A stretch of DNA of 46,817 bases from Nitrospirota bacterium (GTDB taxonomy: Bacteria > Nitrospirota > Thermodesulfovibrionia > UBA6902 > DSMQ01). A program made the translations under genes and the position numbers. Shown here one piece after another: positions 1 to 8,211 of the stretch. The stretch spans positions 1-46,817 of the forward strand of contig JACQXF010000079.1 in the NCBI GenBank assembly GCA_016208855.1. The letters run 5' to 3'. How positions within the stretch are numbered: the first letter of the stretch is position 1; every line of letters starts with the position of its first letter. Below the pieces are notes generated by a model, which worked only from the letters and a program-made list of their open reading frames with translations, searched no databases and was not told where the DNA came from.

Positions 1-1
1 A

Positions 2-121
2 GGCGCCCAAACCTTATGGCTTGGATTGCAGAGATTGGATGATATAACTGAAATGTGGAAAGTTTTCATGTCCAAATCTGATCCATCCTCACTACGTTCA
101 CCCCCTGTATCCAGACCCTAA
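2..121 (+). mobile_element. 3' end of an IS4-family (IS50/Tn5-like) transposase, 5'-truncated by the window edge
   Basis: Frame 2 reads GAQTLWLGLQRLDDITEMWKVF...SRP*, resembling the G-x-x-T-L-W-x-G-L-x-R-L C-terminal motif of IS50-group transposases. Not in the ORF track. Confidence 0.7.
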
Positions 122-138
122 ATGTGGGTAAGGATAAG
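122..138. mobile_element. Putative right terminal inverted repeat of the IS (ATGTGGGTAAGGATAAG)
   Basis: Immediately follows the transposase stop and abuts half of a REP-like palindrome. The partner IR lies outside the window. Confidence 0.45.
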
Positions 139-166
139 TTTACTAAAGGGGGGCAGGGGGGGATTT
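139..166. repeat. Right half of a REP-like GC-rich hairpin (TTTACTAAAGGGGGGCAGGGGGGGATTT)
   Basis: Resembles the loop and right arm of the intact palindrome at 19392-19440 (TTTGCTAAAGGGAGGTCAGGGGAGATTT). Confidence 0.55.
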
Positions 167-347
167 GATGTCAACTTATTTAATGCCTTTACTATAAAAA
201 TTGATATTGAGAGAATAAGACAGGCAGAGTCATCTGAGCCTTTTTTCTCAATGCTTTTTTTGCTTTTTTTTGGTAAACTTTTCCTCAATGGAGAATAAAT
301 AAAGGGTTCCTAATTATTTCACGTATTACTTAGAGTGAGGGACTTAT

Positions 348-701
348 ATGTTAATGCAGTTAAAGCAGTTGATTATTGTTTTGATAGGGCTGGGCTTGAT
401 TTTAAGATTCCTTACCAGACAACAGGCTCTAAGAAAATTAGGAATGGTTTTATTAACGACTGCCTTCTTTCCTTTTATAGTCAGCTTCGGTCAAAACTTC
501 TATTATCAGTTGACTCCTATTCAAAAGGTTGGACTAATTGCATTTCTACTGCCTTTAACTGTTTTCATAATTTTAAGAATCTTATTAGGTAAGGATTTGT
601 TTAATAATATTGCTGGCAATTTTATTTATGATGGGCTGAAGGCTGTAATGATTTTTCCATTTAGGATTATTACAAGATTAATTCGCAGGTTAAATCATTA
701 G
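348..701 (+). CDS. Small multi-pass membrane protein, hypothetical
   Basis: 117 aa, about three hydrophobic segments. GAGGG upstream of the ATG. First gene of a co-directional cluster. Confidence 0.7.
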   Translation: MLMQLKQLIIVLIGLGLILRFLTRQQALRKLGMVLLTTAFFPFIVSFGQNFYYQLTPIQKVGLIAFLLPLTVFIILRILLGKDLFNNIAGNFIYDGLKAVMIFPFRIITRLIRRLNH

Positions 702-714
702 ATGTGGAGGGTTT

Positions 715-810
715 ATGGGCTTATTAAACTGGGTTTCTAACAAAGTGCTTCAAACGTCATATGATGCATATTTACAAAATCTTAAGCTCTATTATAGTTA
801 TCCATTATGA
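715..810 (+). CDS. Possible 31-aa small ORF (MGLLNWVSNKVLQTSYDAYLQNLKLYYSYPL), or the frameshifted N-terminus of the next gene
   Basis: GGAGG at 706-710 before ATG 715. Its TGA overlaps the ATG at 807 (ATGA). Confidence 0.4.
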   Translation: MGLLNWVSNKVLQTSYDAYLQNLKLYYSYPL

Positions 811-1886
811 GAAACGTAGTCAGACGGCTAATTAACCATTTGTTTTATCTTTCCTTCTGGCTTTTCCTCGGAGGTGCACTTTTAATCGGAGTGATATACC
901 TCTTATTCTCAAACGTTATAAACTTTTCAGATTCATGGAATGCCGTACATCCTTCATTGCCTGTTGTAAATGACGTTTTTTTTAAGGAAATAATTTCTAT
1001 TATTAGAAGTATTGAGATCAATTTGGGTTTGGGACGGCATATAAGCAATCTTTTAGGTAACTTTGATTACGGACATGGATATGCTATTGCCCAGTCAATC
1101 GGGACATTAATTATAGAAACAATAATGACATGGAGTCTCTGGTTATTTATACAAGCAAGGCATCGTGAGCAGGCAGCGACTGAACAAATATCTGCAATGA
1201 GGCAGAGCAGGCAATATGATGATGCAGACCTATTGAATATGGAAATGCAGAATCGTTTAAATAGCAGCGCGGAGAAGAGAAGGTTCCTGTCAATTTTCAT
1301 AATTTTTGGAAGCTTAACCGTATTAATCTGGTTCTTTGATTTTTACCTTACATACGCTAAGCAAGTTATTGTGAGTAAGGACGCTGAACGTTTTGCTTTA
1401 CTCGGCCCTTTTGGAACAGTTTTGCTTATGACCATAATAAGCGTAGGCTTTGCCTTTATAACAGAGGAATTGAGACGTGAGATATTACAGGTGGTTGGAG
1501 ACCTTTCCGAACTTATACTTGGTCCATCGCAAGAACAGCGAGCATTGCCGACAGAACAGACTAAGAAGATAGAGCCAGGGAATGTCCCCACAGAAGGCCC
1601 TCCTCCCCCTCCTCTGGATGACGAAATGGTTACAATTCATAGCATAGAAGGTATATTGTACACGCTGCTTATAGAAATCAATGCTCAATGGCAAAGGGGA
1701 GAGATAAGTATTGATGGGCAGGTTTATGCTGGTGATGGACGGTTATTGACAGTAACAGAATTATTTCAGGTAATGAACCCACCAGAGGGGATGCCTGTTC
1801 AATGCTACTATACTGAAGACGGAATTAATAGTCTTGATAACACCACATATTATATGGATGAAAACAGGGTTGTCATTTTCAATTAG
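807..1886 (+). CDS. Multi-pass membrane protein with Pro-rich linker and acidic C-terminal soluble domain, hypothetical
   Basis: 359 aa, about four hydrophobic segments, helical QARHREQAATEQ region, PPPPP linker. Confidence 0.75.
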   Translation: MRNVVRRLINHLFYLSFWLFLGGALLIGVIYLLFSNVINFSDSWNAVHPSLPVVNDVFFKEIISIIRSIEINLGLGRHISNLLGNFDYGHGYAIAQSIGTLIIETIMTWSLWLFIQARHREQAATEQISAMRQSRQYDDADLLNMEMQNRLNSSAEKRRFLSIFIIFGSLTVLIWFFDFYLTYAKQVIVSKDAERFALLGPFGTVLLMTIISVGFAFITEELRREILQVVGDLSELILGPSQEQRALPTEQTKKIEPGNVPTEGPPPPPLDDEMVTIHSIEGILYTLLIEINAQWQRGEISIDGQVYAGDGRLLTVTELFQVMNPPEGMPVQCYYTEDGINSLDNTTYYMDENRVVIFN

Positions 1887-1900
1887 GGAGATATTTAGAT

Positions 1901-3025
1901 ATGACAATAAAGCTGAATAAGTTTAAGTTAACGAACTTAGTATGTTGCCTGCTGTTTATCATATCATTGTTTTCTGTAAGAGCGGCTATCGCTGCAAGCC
2001 CTGTAATCTCAGAACGTTATATTATAATATTTGATTTATCAGGCACATTTATTAAAGATAACACAAATATCAGAATGTCTCTGGATAAACTGCAGCGATT
2101 CAGCGAGGCATTGGAACAGGCAAAAAAAGATGAAATTGCACAGATTGAAAAAGAGGCAAAAGGGCGAAGACAGCCGTTATTTGAAAATACTAAGCGCGTT
2201 TCAGAATTGACAATTATAGGCATGGGATTACGATCACGCCCTATATGGAGTGGAAGCGCTGCTAATTTTATGGATTTAAATAACAATGGAGAAATAAGAC
2301 GTCTTATCCAGAATACCGTTGATGAGTCTGCAAGGACAGGCAATAATAAATGTACTGATATACGAGGGGCATTGGATCTGGGGTTTAGAAGATTAAAAGC
2401 TACAAATACTGACAGAGAATTAATTGTACGCGCTGGGATTATTGTATTTTCTGATTTACTTGATGACCCGCCGGACCAGTCAGGAAATTGTAAAAATACT
2501 GGCAGCCCTGTTCCGCCTGAGGGCGCAATATGGGATGATTTAACCTCTTTTATAGAAGAAAATCAGGACAGGTTTAACACAACGCCTGCATTTCTACCAA
2601 AATTTACATTTATCGCACTTGGCGTAAACGAACAGCCTGACAGGACGGTTGATCCTGTAAGTCTTTGGACGGAACGCCTCCGCTCCATTGAGGATAAGCA
2701 TGAGCCGTTCTTGTTAGAATTTAGGTCATTTGCAGATGCCATAAATTTCTCTATACTTCCGCCCGAAAGAAGCTCCTTGTCAGACATACAAAACTATCTC
2801 AATAATTTCGATCCACTTGAGGGGAAACGAATAGCTAATGATTCTTCAAGAGGTAATCAAAATAACTCCGGCATGCTAAAGACAGGACTGGTCCTAATCC
2901 TTGGAATAGCTGGGCTTATCTTCCTGATTATTTTGCTAATAGTAGTTGTAATCATAGTCATAATAGTAATGAAAAAAAGGCGCGCCTCAAGGGCAGGCGC
3001 TAATCCAAACAGAGGAGACACATAA
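1901..3025 (+). CDS. Exported, membrane-anchored vWA-like domain protein
   Basis: N-terminal signal-like segment. MIDAS-like elements IIIFDLSGT, TDIRGAL, IIVFSD. Long C-terminal TM followed by KKRR. Confidence 0.7.
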   Translation: MTIKLNKFKLTNLVCCLLFIISLFSVRAAIAASPVISERYIIIFDLSGTFIKDNTNIRMSLDKLQRFSEALEQAKKDEIAQIEKEAKGRRQPLFENTKRVSELTIIGMGLRSRPIWSGSAANFMDLNNNGEIRRLIQNTVDESARTGNNKCTDIRGALDLGFRRLKATNTDRELIVRAGIIVFSDLLDDPPDQSGNCKNTGSPVPPEGAIWDDLTSFIEENQDRFNTTPAFLPKFTFIALGVNEQPDRTVDPVSLWTERLRSIEDKHEPFLLEFRSFADAINFSILPPERSSLSDIQNYLNNFDPLEGKRIANDSSRGNQNNSGMLKTGLVLILGIAGLIFLIILLIVVVIIVIIVMKKRRASRAGANPNRGDT

Positions 3026-3026
3026 G

Positions 3027-4646
3027 ATGGGAGATTTTCTTGAGAAGATAAAGCGGGCATGGACTACGTCAAGTCTTTATAAGAGAAGGGTGTCTATACT
3101 TCTTCTCAGTCATGACAGGAATTATACATTGGAGAGGATATGTCAGAATCCTAAGGAAGGGGTTCTGAAGGATGCGCCTTTTTACCATTTATCGGCTGAC
3201 GGCAAGAAAAAACTGAAGGATAAAGGGAGCTACCTTGCTCAAATTCCAGTAAATGTTAATGAAGAGGTGTTTGCTGAAAACGAGTCTATACTGAAGAAGC
3301 TCTGTGATGATACAAAAGAAGCCGGAATCTATATTATTGATGATTTCCTGAAACAACTTGATGACAGAGACGCAGCAGCTATAGGCCATCAGATTTGGAT
3401 AAATCGTCAGCTCTTTTTTGATCTCTTTGAGAAGACTCTTAGCACTGATTGTGATGCTCAGGTATTTATATTTCTTGAACACTCAGAAAAGAGGGAGCTA
3501 ATCCCTGATATTGTTGATGCAGAGATTCAGATTATTGAACATCCATATCCGATATATGATGAGGTCAAGGATATTGTAGCTAAGGAACTAATTAATTATA
3601 AGGCAAGGGCAACAGTTAAAATTGACAAGGAAGATGAATTTATTACCGCTTTGTCCAGACACTTCTCTGGATTTGCCTACTCAACCATATCATGGATGCT
3701 AAGAGACTCACTGATAACTCATGTAACGAACAATAAAATTGATACAAAGACTGCTAAAGGCATAATTAACGAAGTAGCAAATAGAAAAGAAGAGCTTATT
3801 AACAAGCAGCTTGGGATGAACATTCTTAAAAGTACAACTTATAAACCAATAGGCGTTGATACGTTCCTTTCATATATAGAAAAGAGGAAAGACAGGATAT
3901 GTATTCCCGGTCAGGAGCGACTTAAAGGGGTTCTTCTTATCGGACCGCCTGGCACGGGGAAGTCCATGCTTGCAAAATATCTCTCTGCTCATCTGGATAA
4001 GCCTGCTGTAGAGGTGCAGCTTTCAAGCCTGATGAGTAAATGGATGGGAGAGACCGAGCAGCTATTCCAGCGTCTTACTAATGTCTTGGACGCCATGGCG
4101 CCTGTGATAATTTATATGGACGAAATTGAGAAGATGTTCTCTGACGAAGGGGTTGGTTCAAGCGCCGGCGCCTCTATGGTTAGGGCAACAGGAAGTCTTT
4201 TGACATGGATGAATGACACAAACTCCCCAGTTTTTATAGTAGCGACAGCAAATAATATATCAAGAATGGGCGAAATAGGTCTCACCATGACAAGAAGGGG
4301 ACGTTTTGACGCCCTGTTTTATATCGGTTATCCTGATGAGAATGGACGAAAAGAGCTTTTTAAATTCTATGCGAAAAATAAAAAATTCAATTTAACGGAC
4401 GCGCAGTATATAACCCTTGCTAAAATGGCGCCGTTCTTTACAGGAGCTGATATCTCTGGTGTTGTACAGGAAGCGAGTACAGAATGCATTGGAGTTACTA
4501 ATCCAGATTGCTATCAAAACCTTGTAAATGCAATTAACCTGCAGAAAGCCCGTGTAGAAGCTATGCGCGCAATGTACAATGCAAATACCGGCGGGGTAAT
4601 GAAGAGGCTGGCAATTCCTGCGGGAAATTTTGAAAATGAGAGTTAG
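3027..4646 (+). CDS. AAA+ ATPase, Ycf46-like architecture (degenerate N-terminal domain plus active AAA domain)
   Basis: Walker A GPPGTGKS, pore loop SKWMGE, Walker B IIYMDEIEK, VATAN, arginine finger RRGRFD, lid FTGADI. Confidence 0.85.
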   Translation: MGDFLEKIKRAWTTSSLYKRRVSILLLSHDRNYTLERICQNPKEGVLKDAPFYHLSADGKKKLKDKGSYLAQIPVNVNEEVFAENESILKKLCDDTKEAGIYIIDDFLKQLDDRDAAAIGHQIWINRQLFFDLFEKTLSTDCDAQVFIFLEHSEKRELIPDIVDAEIQIIEHPYPIYDEVKDIVAKELINYKARATVKIDKEDEFITALSRHFSGFAYSTISWMLRDSLITHVTNNKIDTKTAKGIINEVANRKEELINKQLGMNILKSTTYKPIGVDTFLSYIEKRKDRICIPGQERLKGVLLIGPPGTGKSMLAKYLSAHLDKPAVEVQLSSLMSKWMGETEQLFQRLTNVLDAMAPVIIYMDEIEKMFSDEGVGSSAGASMVRATGSLLTWMNDTNSPVFIVATANNISRMGEIGLTMTRRGRFDALFYIGYPDENGRKELFKFYAKNKKFNLTDAQYITLAKMAPFFTGADISGVVQEASTECIGVTNPDCYQNLVNAINLQKARVEAMRAMYNANTGGVMKRLAIPAGNFENES

Positions 4647-4677
4647 CGCCAAATAGATTAGGACAACTTTATAGATT

Positions 4678-5040
4678 ATGAATACATGGTATATTCTTCC
4701 AGAATATGTAAACTTAAGACAATTAGGGCATATAATTCCCAGAGATATTGGAATAGTCTCCAGATATAAATACAACAACGTAAACATAATAAGCATAAAT
4801 CTGCTGCATCTTCATTTATTTTTTACAATTATAGAGAGAAACAAAGAGAAACTAATCAATGGATTATATAAGTTAAAACCGATAGGGGAATTTACATCGC
4901 CGCACTTTATGGAAATTTACTGGAGATGCTTTTTTAAGTATTTTCTTGGCAAAAACGGCTATCATTTGGTAAAAAGCAGGGCATGTAATAAACATGGAGG
5001 GGGATTTCTTATGGTATTTGAAAGGAGGACTCAAATATGA
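4678..5040 (+). CDS. Hypothetical protein
   Basis: 120-aa ORF whose stop overlaps the next start (ATGA). No motif recognised. Confidence 0.5.
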   Translation: MNTWYILPEYVNLRQLGHIIPRDIGIVSRYKYNNVNIISINLLHLHLFFTIIERNKEKLINGLYKLKPIGEFTSPHFMEIYWRCFFKYFLGKNGYHLVKSRACNKHGGGFLMVFERRTQI

Positions 5041-5852
5041 GCGGAAGTAAATGCAGTCCACCTGTAGAAGTAGGAGGGGGAGCAGGCGGATCCATTGTTG
5101 CAATACCGTTGGTGTTGGCAGGACTTGCTGCTGTTGGTATTGCGAAGGGGATACAAAAGGGTTATAAGACTGTAAAAAAAATTAGGGCTGAAACATCAAA
5201 GAGTGAGATGAATGCTTGGCTTGCTGATATGAAAATGCCAATGTCATTGGGCGAAAAATTAAAACTCCCTCCAAAGATGAGCGTAGAGGGAATAAATAAA
5301 GATGCTGAAATATTTAGCACAGAGATTAACGGTGTAAGGCTTGATAATGTATTCATACAGTTACAAAAAATGGCTAATACGAGTAAAAAAAGCGGTATAT
5401 GGGTTAATGACTATACAATGGAGAATATCAATAGGGTTGTTGTTATGGGGATGGATAATTCAGACAACAGGATTGCCTTTACAAAAGACCAAGATGGTAA
5501 ATACCAAGCATTTGGTGCCGTTAACTCTAAGGAAGCCCTCTCAAAAAATATAAACAATATTATGTGCACGTTCTATAAGAACTCGCTCTATTATCAGCTT
5601 CATGAGTGGGGGTTGAAAAATGTGCAAATGAAAGCTAATGCTAATTCATATAACTTAATGGCAGATAACAGCGGCATGAGTGTAAAAATTAACAAACAGA
5701 ATGGCCAGATTCATTTTGAGAACATTCCTGAAAATCTTCAGGCTAAGGTTGAAAAATGGCTTAAGACTTTTACCGGAGAATGCAGGGTTACCCAATCTCC
5801 GTTGAAGAGTGCAAAGACAGGAAGAAAACAACGAGGCGCTGTATCTGCATGA
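5037..5852 (+). CDS. Hypothetical protein with Gly-rich/hydrophobic N-terminus
   Basis: 271 aa, AGGAGG RBS, GGGAGG then IVAIPLVLAGLAAVGIA. Confidence 0.75.
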   Translation: MSGSKCSPPVEVGGGAGGSIVAIPLVLAGLAAVGIAKGIQKGYKTVKKIRAETSKSEMNAWLADMKMPMSLGEKLKLPPKMSVEGINKDAEIFSTEINGVRLDNVFIQLQKMANTSKKSGIWVNDYTMENINRVVVMGMDNSDNRIAFTKDQDGKYQAFGAVNSKEALSKNINNIMCTFYKNSLYYQLHEWGLKNVQMKANANSYNLMADNSGMSVKINKQNGQIHFENIPENLQAKVEKWLKTFTGECRVTQSPLKSAKTGRKQRGAVSA

Positions 5853-6766
5853 GGCGTATTAAGGTTTTATTATCTGATGACGGCAGATTCTATTTAGATG
5901 ATATTGATGCGGAGCTATATAAAAGACTGCTAAAGGCAGGGGCGTCTTTTGAGGAGGATATAAATATACCAACACTAAATTGTTTTTCAGGGAAAAACTT
6001 AAAAAGAAGGCTAAAAGATGCTGCATGGTGGAATGAATATCTTGACTATGCGATCAAGTGGGCAGAGGATTCTTATAATAACTGCTCCCTTTGTCATCTT
6101 AAGTGCGGCAAAAATCGTTTCTTACAGACAGGACAATGTAATGCATCGCTTGAAGGGGAATTTTTTGACCTTTTTGTGCATCCAGAAATGAACGGATTAA
6201 AGGATGTGCTTCACATTATGATGAAGGGGTGCTCTTTAGATTGTTTTTTCTGCCATAAGGATCAGGAGAGGGATAGAGAATCCGGACTTCATATGCCCAC
6301 TGTAAGACATAAAGAGGTTGTAGCAATAATTAAAAAAGGTAATTTCAACTCAGCGGCATTTTCAGGGGGGAATCCTGACGAAAACATACTCTCTATATTG
6401 AGGCTGCTAAAAGAGGTCGGGCCATTTAAATGGCCTATCATTTGGGAGACACATGGCTGTATAGATACAAGTGTGTTTTCAATGCTTTTGCCGATAGTAG
6501 ATCTTTTTCTTGTCACTGTAAAGTTCGGAAGTGATGAATGCGCCTGTAAATATGGCGGAGTGGCTCACTATAGGGATTGTGTTTCCAAGACGTTGCTCTT
6601 TCTAAAGAGTAAGAAGGCAGACTTCTTTCTTCGTATTTCAAGAATTCCAGAGCATGAGGAGTGCTGCTACTTGAAGGCAAAAGAAATGATTGATAAACTT
6701 GGTATCAGAGATTACAGTATTATTAATATTTATCCTGAGTTTAATTTGTCTTATCGAGAAGTATAA
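5849..6766 (+). CDS. Radical SAM protein, PflX-like
   Basis: CxxxCxxC (GCSLDCFFC), N-terminal CSLCHLKC...GQC cluster, FSGGNP, WETHG. Start placed at ATG 5849, which overlaps the upstream TGA (ORF track uses 5780). Confidence 0.8.
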   Translation: MRRIKVLLSDDGRFYLDDIDAELYKRLLKAGASFEEDINIPTLNCFSGKNLKRRLKDAAWWNEYLDYAIKWAEDSYNNCSLCHLKCGKNRFLQTGQCNASLEGEFFDLFVHPEMNGLKDVLHIMMKGCSLDCFFCHKDQERDRESGLHMPTVRHKEVVAIIKKGNFNSAAFSGGNPDENILSILRLLKEVGPFKWPIIWETHGCIDTSVFSMLLPIVDLFLVTVKFGSDECACKYGGVAHYRDCVSKTLLFLKSKKADFFLRISRIPEHEECCYLKAKEMIDKLGIRDYSIINIYPEFNLSYREV

Positions 6767-6913
6767 GAATTATTTAAAGGGTATATGTTGTCGCAGCCAG
6801 CAAAAAAGGAAGTAAAACATTTTTTTCTATACAGAATTTCTGGCTAAGATATTTTAAGGAATGTGGAGCAAGTTTTGAGAAAGAAAATTATGGAAGCGCT
6901 TTAATACGGTTCG

Positions 6914-7336
6914 ATGAATAATGGAAATGAGACAATTGTTTATCAAGAACGGCCTTCGTGGTTATATTATTATTTGTTGTATATCCTGGGGATTATTTTA
7001 TTCGCTGTTTCAGCAAATATAGGAAGACTTGACGGAGGTTTTTTTGTTTTACTTATTGTTGTAGGCTTGGCGGCTGTATTCAGGTTCAGATATTTGTTTA
7101 CTATTACAAATGACAGAATTATCATGAGAGAAGGATTGATTGCAAGAAATACAAATGAAATGAAGGTAAGGCATATAAGAAGTATGCACGTTAAACAAAA
7201 TCCTATTGAAAGAATACTTGGAATTGGGACACTGACTGTTATATCAGCAGCAGATGGTGAAGCAGCAGTGGTTTTCAAAGGGATAAACGATCCTCAAATG
7301 GTGAAAGAAACCATTTACAAAATGATAGACCGATAA
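6914..7336 (+). CDS. Membrane-flanked bacterial PH domain protein (bPH_2/DUF304-like)
   Basis: RPSW start, two TMs, then FTITNDRIIMREGLI...VKQNPIERILGIGTL. Confidence 0.8.
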   Translation: MNNGNETIVYQERPSWLYYYLLYILGIILFAVSANIGRLDGGFFVLLIVVGLAAVFRFRYLFTITNDRIIMREGLIARNTNEMKVRHIRSMHVKQNPIERILGIGTLTVISAADGEAAVVFKGINDPQMVKETIYKMIDR

Positions 7337-7338
7337 TA

Positions 7339-7710
7339 ATGGGAAAAATTGCAGAATATAGAAAATACTGGCAGATAAAGGAGGCTGAGGAAGCAGCAGC
7401 CGGAGAAGTCCTCCGTACAAAAGCCTTTAACACAGCAAAACTATTAACAGATATTCTTGTAAAAGAATTCGGGGTAAAACGAGTGATACTGTTTGGTTCT
7501 GCCCTTCAAAAGCACGGATTTGATCGTGACTCGGATATAGACCTGGCTGTAGAAGGACTTGAAAAAAGATTTTATTTCAGGGCCCTCGCACGGCTTATGA
7601 TGGAGAGTCCCTTTGAAGTGGATCTGAAACCTATAGAAAGTGTAAAAACATTACTTAAAGACAGGATAAAGAAGGGAGTTGTTTTGTATGAGAAAAGAAA
7701 TGCTTCCTGA
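7339..7710 (+). CDS. Minimal nucleotidyltransferase (MNT) antitoxin
   Basis: LFGS...DSDIDLAVEG motif. Confidence 0.85.
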   Translation: MGKIAEYRKYWQIKEAEEAAAGEVLRTKAFNTAKLLTDILVKEFGVKRVILFGSALQKHGFDRDSDIDLAVEGLEKRFYFRALARLMMESPFEVDLKPIESVKTLLKDRIKKGVVLYEKRNAS

Positions 7711-8173
7711 TCTTATTGCAGAACTACAAGATGAGCTTGAGCTTTTAGGGCATCTTGCAGCAGATATTGAAGATGTGAACAAATGCAAACCTAAATCTCA
7801 GAGGGCTAAAGCTGTTTATGAAGAAAGCCTTGCGCTTAAATTACACAATTTTTATACAGGATGTGAACGGATATTCCAGAAGATTGCCGACGACATTAAT
7901 GGCGGGGTACCAAGCTCTTTTGATTGGCATAAAAGGCTCCTGAAGAGCATGTCGCTCGAAATAGAAAATATAAGACCTGCTGTAATCTCGAAATCCACCC
8001 TCCGAATGCTTGAAGATTTTCTGGCATTCAGACACGTTATACGAAACATTTATGGGTTTGAGATAGATACTGAACGCCTGCAAGCGCTCATCAATAATAT
8101 GCAAGGGGCGTATCTGATGTTTAAAAAAGACATTGATAAATTTATTGTTTTCTTAAGAAAGATGATGGGGTGA
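7688..8173 (+). CDS. HEPN toxin (HepT/DUF86-like RNase)
   Basis: LHNFYTGCERIF, WHKRLL, FRHVIRNIY. Overlaps the MNT gene. Start moved to ATG 7688 after AAGGGAG. Confidence 0.8.
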   Translation: MRKEMLPDLIAELQDELELLGHLAADIEDVNKCKPKSQRAKAVYEESLALKLHNFYTGCERIFQKIADDINGGVPSSFDWHKRLLKSMSLEIENIRPAVISKSTLRMLEDFLAFRHVIRNIYGFEIDTERLQALINNMQGAYLMFKKDIDKFIVFLRKMMG

Positions 8174-8211
8174 AGTGGATATTGAATTAATTGGATGTAT
8201 GGAGAAATGGG

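Noticed and set aside
335-592. 85-aa ORF overlapping 348-701
   Set aside because: Alternative frame of the better supported membrane-protein gene.
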